5,309 nucleotides of DNA, from NCBI RefSeq assembly GCF_001945605.1, contig NZ_MPKA01000125.1, forward strand, positions 1 through 5,309. The letters run 5' to 3'. The position numbers and the translations under genes are program-made. Under the pieces are notes generated by a model. It made no database searches and was not told the DNA's origin. It was given only the letters and a program-made list of their open reading frames with translations. Positions 1 through 5,298 of this stretch are shown here, in pieces (within the stretch, counting starts at the first letter, position 1; each line of letters opens with the position of its first letter). The stretch comes from Dubosiella newyorkensis (GTDB lineage Bacteria; Bacillota_I; Bacilli_A; Erysipelotrichales; Erysipelotrichaceae).

Positions 1-32
1 AGAATTTAAAGAAACAAAAAATAAAAAAGCCC

Positions 33-61
33 TTAAAATAAAGGGAATTTAATGATATAAC
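33..61 (+). promoter_or_regulatory. Weak candidate sigma-A promoter upstream of the 95-aa ORF
   Basis: -35 TTAAAA (33-38), 17-nt spacer, extended -10 TG (53-54) and -10 TATAAC (56-61). Caveat: the predicted start near 68 would leave almost no leader and would remove the AGGGA Shine-Dalgarno-like element (63-67) before GTG75. The real promoter may therefore lie left of the window. Confidence 0.3.
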
Positions 62-74
62 TAGGGACAAACAA

Positions 75-362
75 GTGAAAATGTCTTCAACTTATAAACA
101 AGTTAGTACTCAACTTGAAAAGACGGGGCTTCTTGATCAGATCGTTCTGGCTTTGCAAGAAGCCATGAAAGCCGATCTTCCTATCCATCAACCGGATCTA
201 GAGAACATTTATGTGGTTAGAGAAAATGAATATCGCTTGGATTTGATCGGAAGCGATCCATCCTTCTCGTTTGATTCCTTGCAAGAACTTTTCGAGTATC
301 CGAAACTAAAACAGAAAGTCAAAGAAAGTGATTTATGGACCTATTCATTTTATGATAACTAA
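75..362 (+). CDS. Hypothetical small acidic cytoplasmic protein (95 aa). I recognise no family.
   Basis: The ORF is in the supplied track. GTG75 is preceded by AGGGA (63-67) at 7 nt, and ATG81 is an alternative start. It has the same in-frame codon-pair signature as the confident genes (GAT|C and G|ATC contexts, 6 GATC in 288 nt). Its stop TAA 360-362 overlaps the ribosome-binding site of the next ORF, which suggests an operon. It has no hydrophobic segment and is rich in D/E. Confidence 0.55.
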   Translation: MKMSSTYKQVSTQLEKTGLLDQIVLALQEAMKADLPIHQPDLENIYVVRENEYRLDLIGSDPSFSFDSLQELFEYPKLKQKVKESDLWTYSFYDN

Positions 363-377
363 AAGGAGTGGTTACGT

Positions 378-503
378 ATGAAACTCATTGGATCCATCGT
401 CAAGGTCGCAGGAATCGTTTTGATTGGAACAAGTTTGGTCAAACTTGGCAAAGAGCTCGAGAAATTCGAAGAATTCAAAAAGAGAAACCATAAGTGGTTA
501 TAA
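378..503 (+). CDS. Small membrane-anchored peptide (41 aa), not in the ORF track: MKLIGSIVKVAGIVLIGTSLVKLGKELEKFEEFKKRNHKWL
   Basis: Hand translation. Shine-Dalgarno AAAGGAG (362-368) lies 9 nt before ATG 378-380. The frame stays open to TAA 501-503, and an intrinsic terminator (513-538) follows immediately. Residues 3-21 are hydrophobic and about one transmembrane helix long. Residues 22-41 form a K/E-rich tail. Confidence 0.55.
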   Translation: MKLIGSIVKVAGIVLIGTSLVKLGKELEKFEEFKKRNHKWL

Positions 504-512
504 TTGAATGCA

Positions 513-538
513 AGAGTCCTATTTTAGGGCTCTTTTTG
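513..538 (+). terminator. Rho-independent terminator of the small two-gene cassette
   Basis: AGAGTCCT (513-520) pairs with AGGGCTCT (526-533): 8 bp including one G-U pair, with a 5-nt loop ATTTT, followed by TTTT (534-537). The reverse complement has no T-run, so it is unidirectional (+). Confidence 0.8.
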
Positions 539-553
539 TATAAAGCATCTAAA

Positions 554-582
554 TTGAAGTGGTATTTTAGCGGTTTTATAAT
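554..582 (+). promoter_or_regulatory. Probable sigma-A promoter of clpB
   Basis: -35 TTGAAG (554-559), exact 17-nt spacer, consensus -10 TATAAT (577-582). It sits between the upstream terminator and the clpB ribosome-binding site. The predicted transcription start is near 589-590, giving a leader of about 40 nt. Confidence 0.6.
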
Positions 583-629
583 AGATACAAAGGTGATGAC
601 TCTTAGACAGGTCATAAAGGAGGACTTCT

Positions 630-3203
630 ATGGATTATGAAAAAATGTCCGAAAATCTACAAAAGATTTTAATGAATGCCGTAAACGACGCTAGAGCGAA
701 TCAGCACGCAAGTGTAGATACGATCGATGTGTTGGAAGCGATGTTCAAATCTGAAATCCTTGATGGTCTTTTTGATCGTATCAATGTAGATAAAAAACTG
801 GCTTTGACCATCATTGCGGAAGAAGAAAAGAAGATCGCGAAAAGTTCTTCACAAAACATTAATTTGTCCAATGAAGTACAAAAGTCGATCGATAAAGCAG
901 CGAAGTGGGCGTCTCAGCACGATGAGATCTACCTTTCGGTCGCAACACTTTGGATCGCATTGATGTTCAACCATTCATACATTTCACGCAGACTCGTACA
1001 AACATTCAATCTCACGGAGAAAGAATGTGAACAAGCAGAATTAGAACGCCGTGGCGGACGGAAGATGGATACGCCAAATGCGGAAGAGAACTTAGAAGCG
1101 TTAAAAAAATATGGACGCGATCTCGTTGCTGAAGTCAAGGAAGGAAAGATCGATCCGATCATCGGCCGTGACGACGAGATCCGGCGCGTAATGCAGATCC
1201 TTTCAAGGAAAACGAAAAACAACCCTGTCTTGATTGGTGAGCCTGGCGTTGGTAAAACAGCTGTAGTTGAAGGACTTGCATGGCGGATCATGAAAGGCGA
1301 TGTACCAGAATCTTTGAAAGATAAGACTTTAATCGAACTCGATATGGGTTCTTTGATCGCTGGCGCAAAATATCGTGGTGAATTTGAAGAACGTTTAAAA
1401 GCGGTTCTAGATGAAATCAAAAATTCCAATGGGCGGATCATCGTATTTATCGATGAGATCCATAACTTAGTAGGTGCTGGAAAAACAGAAGGCTCGATGG
1501 ATGCCGCTAACTTATTGAAACCTATGCTTGCGCGTGGTGAATTACATATGATCGGTGCCACTACGTTCAATGAATATCGTCAATATATTGAAAAAGATGC
1601 CGCTCTGGAACGTCGTTTCCAAAAGGTCAATGTCAAAGAACCAAATGTTGAGGATACGATCGCGATCCTTCGAGGCTTGAAAGATCGTTTTGAAGGGTAT
1701 CATGGTGTCCGTATCCTTGATGATGCGCTTGTTTCTGCGGCAACTATGTCAGATCGCTATATCACCGATCGTTTCTTGCCAGATAAGGCGATCGATCTTG
1801 TGGATGAATCCTGTGCGACTTTAAAAGTTCAAATGGAAAGCATGCCACAAGAGCTGGATGAATTGGAGCGCAAGATCATGCAGCTTCAAATCGAAAAAAC
1901 GTCTTTGATGTCAGAGGATGACAAAAAAGCGGTTGAACGTCGTACTGAAATCGAAGAAGAAATGGGAAAACTGCAGGAGAAGCGTGATGAACTCCATTCA
2001 AAATGGGAAGATGAAAAGCGGATCCTGAATATGGCTCAAGAAGATAAGATCGCATTGGAAAAGGCGAAACTCGATCTCGAACAAGCACAAAACGAACTTC
2101 GTTACGAAGATGCGGCCAAGCTTCAATATCAGATCATTCCTGAATTAGAGGCTCGGATCAATAAAGATGGATTGCCTAAAAACGAAGGAACGATGATCCA
2201 AGAAACAGTGAATGAAGAGCTTGTCGCAAAGATCATTTCACGCTGGACAGGTGTTGAGGTGTCTCGTTTGGTGGAATCGCAACGTGAAAAACTGCTCAAC
2301 TTGAAAAATGAACTCGAAAAACGTGTTGTTGGACAAGATCATGCGATCGAACTCGTGGTCGACTGCATCCTTCGTTCGAAAGCGCAGATCCAAGATGAAA
2401 ATCGTCCAATCGGTTCTTTCTTGTTCTTAGGACCTACAGGTGTAGGTAAAACAGAAGTTGCCAAAGCGCTTGCGGAACAATTGTTTGATGACGAGCGACA
2501 TATCGTTCGTATCGATATGTCGGAATATATGGAGAAACATAGTGTGTCGCGTTTGATCGGATCGCCTCCAGGATATGTAGGTCATGAAGAAGGCGGTCAA
2601 CTGACGGAAGCGGTTCGAAGAAATCCATACTCGATCGTTTTGTTCGATGAGATCGAAAAAGCGCATCCAGATGTATTCAATGTGCTACTGCAGATCTTGG
2701 ACGATGGTAGAATCACCGATTCAAAAGGCGTTACAGTCGACTTTAAGAACACGATCATTATTTTGACAAGCAACTTAGGCGCGCAATATGCGTTTGAATA
2801 CATCAATGAGCCTGAACTTCTTCAAGAGAAGTATATGGATGCGGTCAAGAAACATTTCCGTCCTGAATTCATCAACCGGATCGATGAAATTGTTGTCTTC
2901 AATGCACTGCAGGATAAGGCATTTATCCGAATCGCCCGCAAGTTTATGAATGAACTTTCTCATCGCCTAGAGAACAAAGACATTACTCTTCATGTGAGCG
3001 ATGCGGTTTACGATAAGATTGCGGAAAATGGTGTTGATCCATTGTTTGGGGCAAGACCGATGAAGCGATATATCCAAAGAAATATCGAAACGGAAATCGC
3101 CAAAAAAATGATCGCGGAAGGTGCTATGAATGATGCAACGATCGATGTTGACGTTAAAGATGATCGGTATCATATCGAAGTTAAGAAAAATCCAAAAGAT
3201 TAG
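630..3203 (+). CDS. clpB: ATP-dependent chaperone/disaggregase ClpB (class 1 Clp/Hsp100 AAA+ protein, 857 aa)
   Basis: - Strong ribosome-binding site AAGGAGG (617-623), 6 nt before ATG630.
- Clp N-domain.
- NBD1 Walker A GEPGVGKT (aa 203-210) and Walker B IVFIDEIH.
- Long K/E-rich coiled-coil middle domain (about aa 400-520), typical of ClpB rather than ClpA/C/X.
- NBD2 Walker A GPTGVGKT, Walker [12 protein letters not shown], sensor-2 GARPMKR.
- Conserved IGRDDEIRR and [16 protein letters not shown] blocks. Confidence 0.97.
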   Translation: MDYEKMSENLQKILMNAVNDARANQHASVDTIDVLEAMFKSEILDGLFDRINVDKKLALTIIAEEEKKIAKSSSQNINLSNEVQKSIDKAAKWASQHDEIYLSVATLWIALMFNHSYISRRLVQTFNLTEKECEQAELERRGGRKMDTPNAEENLEALKKYGRDLVAEVKEGKIDPIIGRDDEIRRVMQILSRKTKNNPVLIGEPGVGKTAVVEGLAWRIMKGDVPESLKDKTLIELDMGSLIAGAKYRGEFEERLKAVLDEIKNSNGRIIVFIDEIHNLVGAGKTEGSMDAANLLKPMLARGELHMIGATTFNEYRQYIEKDAALERRFQKVNVKEPNVEDTIAILRGLKDRFEGYHGVRILDDALVSAATMSDRYITDRFLPDKAIDLVDESCATLKVQMESMPQELDELERKIMQLQIEKTSLMSEDDKKAVERRTEIEEEMGKLQEKRDELHSKWEDEKRILNMAQEDKIALEKAKLDLEQAQNELRYEDAAKLQYQIIPELEARINKDGLPKNEGTMIQETVNEELVAKIISRWTGVEVSRLVESQREKLLNLKNELEKRVVGQDHAIELVVDCILRSKAQIQDENRPIGSFLFLGPTGVGKTEVAKALAEQLFDDERHIVRIDMSEYMEKHSVSRLIGSPPGYVGHEEGGQLTEAVRRNPYSIVLFDEIEKAHPDVFNVLLQILDDGRITDSKGVTVDFKNTIIILTSNLGAQYAFEYINEPELLQEKYMDAVKKHFRPEFINRIDEIVVFNALQDKAFIRIARKFMNELSHRLENKDITLHVSDAVYDKIAENGVDPLFGARPMKRYIQRNIETEIAKKMIAEGAMNDATIDVDVKDDRYHIEVKKNPKD

Positions 3204-3215
3204 TATATAATCATT

Positions 3216-3241
3216 AGGCGAGGTCGTTCCTCGCCTTTTTT
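3216..3241 (+). terminator. Rho-independent terminator after clpB
   Basis: AGGCGAGG (3216-3223) pairs perfectly with CCTCGCCT (3229-3236) over 8 bp, with loop TCGTT, followed by a T-run through 3241. Confidence 0.85.
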
Positions 3242-3253
3242 AGGAGAAGATAT

Positions 3254-3991
3254 ATGAATCAAATAGAACAATTAAATCAATGGATCCGTGAAAGCAACCG
3301 GATCGTGTTCTTTGGTGGCGCGGGAGTATCGACGGAGAGTCATATTCCTGATTTTCGCAGCGATAATGGATTGTATAAGAAAAAATATCCATATCCAGCT
3401 GAAACGATGCTTTCGCACACGTTTTTTGTGAACCATCCTAAGGAATTTTTTGATTTTTACTTTAATCAAATGATTTACGAGGATGCTGTTCCGAATAAAG
3501 CGCATTACGCGTTGAGCAAGTTGGAACAGGCTGGAAAGCTGAAGGCGATCGTAACTCAAAATATTGATGGGCTGCATCAAAAAGCGGGGTCTCTCAACGT
3601 GCTCGAGCTTCATGGTTCGGTTCTTCGCAATTATTGCACTCGGTGCGGAAAATTCTTTACGTTGGAAGAGACGATCAAGCTTCGTGATCAAGATGGCATT
3701 CCTCGTTGTGATGTGGATGGGCAGATCATAAAACCCGATGTAGTATTGTATGAAGAGGGGTTGGACCAAAACATTTTATATCAAGCGATCGATCAGATCT
3801 CGAAGGCGGATCTTCTGATCGTAGGAGGAACGAGTTTGGTCGTCTATCCGGCTGCCGGATTGATCCAATATTTTCGAGGAAAGCACTTAGTATTGATCAA
3901 TAAAGAAGTCACACCAATGGATGCGCAAGCGGATCTCGTGATCCATGAACCGATCGGAGAAGTTTTGGATCAAGCGGTCAAGAATTTATAA
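3254..3991 (+). CDS. cobB: Sir2-family NAD-dependent protein deacetylase/deacylase (single-domain bacterial sirtuin, 245 aa)
   Basis: - Ribosome-binding site AGGAG (3242-3246), 7 nt before ATG3254.
- Sirtuin motifs GAGVSTESHIPDFRS (aa 22-36) and TQNIDGLH (101-108).
- Catalytic His in LELHGS (H120).
- Zn-ribbon CTRC (128-131) plus C152.
- KPDVVLYEE, GTSLVVYPA (192-200).
- The size and domain content match housekeeping CobB/SrtN-type sirtuins. Confidence 0.9.
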   Translation: MNQIEQLNQWIRESNRIVFFGGAGVSTESHIPDFRSDNGLYKKKYPYPAETMLSHTFFVNHPKEFFDFYFNQMIYEDAVPNKAHYALSKLEQAGKLKAIVTQNIDGLHQKAGSLNVLELHGSVLRNYCTRCGKFFTLEETIKLRDQDGIPRCDVDGQIIKPDVVLYEEGLDQNILYQAIDQISKADLLIVGGTSLVVYPAAGLIQYFRGKHLVLINKEVTPMDAQADLVIHEPIGEVLDQAVKNL

Positions 3992-5026
3992 ATGATGTTG
4001 ACAATTCTATTGTTTCTCTTTCTTATATCGCTTTGTGTCTTCTTATCGATCATGTATCGTGAGCCACGTACTTTGTGGAGCGGATTTTCGTTCTTTTGGG
4101 TGCTTTTGTTTTTGGGATTGCTGATCATTGGTTATTTAATGAAATACTCGCAATGGATCGTTGAGCATCAAGGTTTGTATTTGGCTTTGATCATTCTATT
4201 GATCATAGCCATGATTTTGTTGTTTATGTTTCCCGTATTGGTGATCTTGACATTTTTTGTAGAAGGAATCAAATTGATCCGTCATGAAGGCTTTCGATTT
4301 TCGAACATTTTGTCCTTATTATTCTCGATCGGTTTGTTCGTTTATTTGTTTGGCTTTCCAATCTTTTTTGGATTGCAGCAAAATCCGTATTTAACGATCC
4401 TTTATGGGATCGTGTCGACTTGCGTTGTTTTTGGTTTAAGCGTGTTCACGATATTTTGTTTTTCGGCGATGCTCAATCTAGTTCATTTCACAAAACGAAA
4501 GAATCTAGACGCGATCATCGTGTTAGGTTCGGGCATCCTTGGAAAGAAGATCACTCCTCTTTTGAAGGGGCGCGTGGATGCGGGGATCGAATTATTGAAA
4601 AAAAACCCAAAAGCGATCTTGATCCTTTCTGGAGGACAAGGTGAAGGGGAAGAGATTCCTGAGAGCAAAGCCATGTACGAATATTGTCTTTCGAAGGGAG
4701 TCGATCCTGATCGGATGATTCAGGAAAATCGTTCAAAAAACACAAATGAAAATTTGCTTTTTTCTAGAGAGCTTCTTTCAGGACAAAAGGATCGGGTGGC
4801 GATCGTGACGACACGATATCATGTCTTTAGAGCTTTAGAGCTTGCCAGACTTCAAAATTTTCGATGCATTGGTTTTGGCTCGAAAACAAAGTGGTATTTT
4901 ACATTGAACGCTTTTTTAAGAGAGTTTATCGGCTATATCGCGATGACTTGGAAAACGCAAGCAATCTTATTGGGTATTTTATTGATTCCTTGGTTTTTAA
5001 CTATTTTGCTCACTCTGAGAAAATAA
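3992..5026 (+). CDS. Polytopic membrane protein with a C-terminal DUF218 (YdcF/SanA/ElyC-like) domain (344 aa)
   Basis: ATG 3992 follows the sirtuin TAA directly (TAAATGATG). The first 165 aa or so contain about five hydrophobic helices. The DUF218-like core follows: AIIVLGSG...GRVDAGIELL...ILSGGQG..EIPESKAMYEYCLSKGV....I.QENRSKNTNENLLFS....VAIVTTRYHVFRA. There is a final hydrophobic helix at the C-terminus. The start could also be ATG3995. Confidence 0.85.
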   Translation: MMLTILLFLFLISLCVFLSIMYREPRTLWSGFSFFWVLLFLGLLIIGYLMKYSQWIVEHQGLYLALIILLIIAMILLFMFPVLVILTFFVEGIKLIRHEGFRFSNILSLLFSIGLFVYLFGFPIFFGLQQNPYLTILYGIVSTCVVFGLSVFTIFCFSAMLNLVHFTKRKNLDAIIVLGSGILGKKITPLLKGRVDAGIELLKKNPKAILILSGGQGEGEEIPESKAMYEYCLSKGVDPDRMIQENRSKNTNENLLFSRELLSGQKDRVAIVTTRYHVFRALELARLQNFRCIGFGSKTKWYFTLNAFLREFIGYIAMTWKTQAILLGILLIPWFLTILLTLRK

Positions 5027-5048
5027 AGCTCAGGTGAGCTCTTTTTTT
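5027..5048 (+). terminator. Rho-independent terminator after the DUF218 gene
   Basis: AGCTC (5027-5031) pairs with GAGCT (5036-5040), with loop AGGT, followed by C then TTTTTTT (5042-5048). The stem is short, but the U-tract is long and it begins right after the stop codon. Confidence 0.7.
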
Positions 5049-5050
5049 AT

Positions 5051-5098
5051 TCTGTCCTCTAAAAATATTTAAATAAAATTAATAAAATTATTGACAGA
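5051..5098 (+). repeat. Direct repeat copy 1 (promoter module)
   Basis: TCTGTCCTCTAAAAATATT (5051-5069) is identical to 5251-5269. The full 48-nt unit, ending in TTGACAGA, matches 5251-5298 at 41/48 positions without gaps, offset by exactly 200 bp. Confidence 0.85.
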
Positions 5099-5119
5099 TG
5101 ATCCAAAACAAAGTATGAT
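5061..5119 (+). promoter_or_regulatory. Strong sigma-A promoter P1 with an UP-like A/T tract
   Basis: 30 nt of pure A/T (5061-5090), consensus -35 TTGACA (5091-5096), 17-nt spacer, -10 TATGAT (5114-5119). The likely transcription start is near G5126. Confidence 0.7.
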
Positions 5120-5171
5120 AAGCAAGCGTTGAGAAAGACGCAGGACATACGAACTTCATAGATCCATCCAC

Positions 5172-5223
5172 AAGAAAAAAATCAAATTTCTTCTTGACGG
5201 AAAGGGATCAGGAGGAGTAGTAT
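5172..5223 (+). promoter_or_regulatory. Candidate tandem promoter P2
   Basis: A-rich tract (5172-5190), -35 TTGACG (5194-5199), 18-nt spacer, -10 TAGTAT (5218-5223). It lies 103 bp downstream of the P1 -35. It is weaker than P1. Confidence 0.4.
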
Positions 5224-5250
5224 AAACAAGCTGTTGAGGTTTCTCCTCAA

Positions 5251-5298
5251 TCTGTCCTCTAAAAATATTCAAAAAATATTGAAAAAAGTGTTGACAGA
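5251..5298 (+). repeat. Direct repeat copy 2 (promoter module)
   Basis: See copy 1. The first 19 nt are identical and TTGACAGA is shared at the 3' end, with 41/48 matches overall. Confidence 0.85.

Noticed and set aside
30-45. Hairpin CCCTT-AAAATA-AAGGG with an A-run on its left (11-29), which reads as a T-run terminator on the minus strand
   Set aside because: The stem is only 5 bp. As a minus-strand terminator it has no minus-strand gene to terminate, since 75-362 is + and has no minus ORF. As a plus-strand terminator for a gene ending left of the window (possible TAA 7-9) its U-tract is poor (AATTT). It is too ambiguous to call.
437-453. CtsR-operator-like sequence GGTCAAA-CTT-GGCAAAG
   Set aside because: Only the first heptad matches RGTCAAA. 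The second is 4/7 and the spacer lacks the central A. It lies inside the 41-aa ORF, upstream of a terminator and about 115 bp from the clpB promoter. It is explained by the codons for LVKLGK.
390-476. Polylinker-like cluster of 6-cutter sites: GGATCC 390-395, GAGCTC 453-458, CTCGAG 456-461, TTCGAA 465-470, GAATTC 471-476
   Set aside because: It looked like a cloning-vector scar. The palindromes follow directly from the peptide ELEKFEEF, because GAG/CTC and GAA/TTC are reverse-complementary codon pairs. The flanking sequence is continuous native-looking coding DNA.
929-1570. 213-aa ORF on the minus strand inside clpB, plus smaller minus-strand ORFs at 1876-2088, 2427-2666, 2434-2628, 2597-2806, 2775-2963 and 2967-3173
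   Set aside because: All lie fully antisense to the unambiguous clpB frame. They have no ribosome-binding sites, and their products are low-complexity, Ser/Arg/Pro/Ile-rich shadow translations. They are typical antisense open frames of a strongly codon-biased gene.
3272-3769. 165-aa minus-strand ORF antisense to the sirtuin gene
   Set aside because: This is a shadow ORF contained entirely within a confidently identified sirtuin CDS. It has no ribosome-binding site or promoter, and its composition looks non-protein-like.
3254-3991. Sir2 domain as an anti-phage defence effector (Thoeris ThsA, DSR, SIR2-HerA, SIR2-pAgo type)
   Set aside because: The protein is a 245-aa stand-alone sirtuin with the full deacylase motif set and a Zn-ribbon. 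It has no SLOG, TIR, HerA, helicase or Argonaute partner and no extra domains. Its neighbours are housekeeping genes (clpB, probably rrn). A housekeeping CobB/SrtN-type enzyme is the simpler call.
3998-4003. Consensus TTGACA hexamer at the start of the DUF218 gene as an internal promoter
   Set aside because: No acceptable -10 lies at 16-19 nt (TCTTAT or TATATC at the wrong spacing). The hexamer is simply the codons Leu-Thr (TTG ACA).
4420-4745. Out-of-frame and antisense ORFs (4420-4644 +, 4483-4674 -, 4551-4745 -) within the DUF218 gene
   Set aside because: They are embedded in the conserved DUF218 core, which reads cleanly in the 3992 frame. They have no translation signals.
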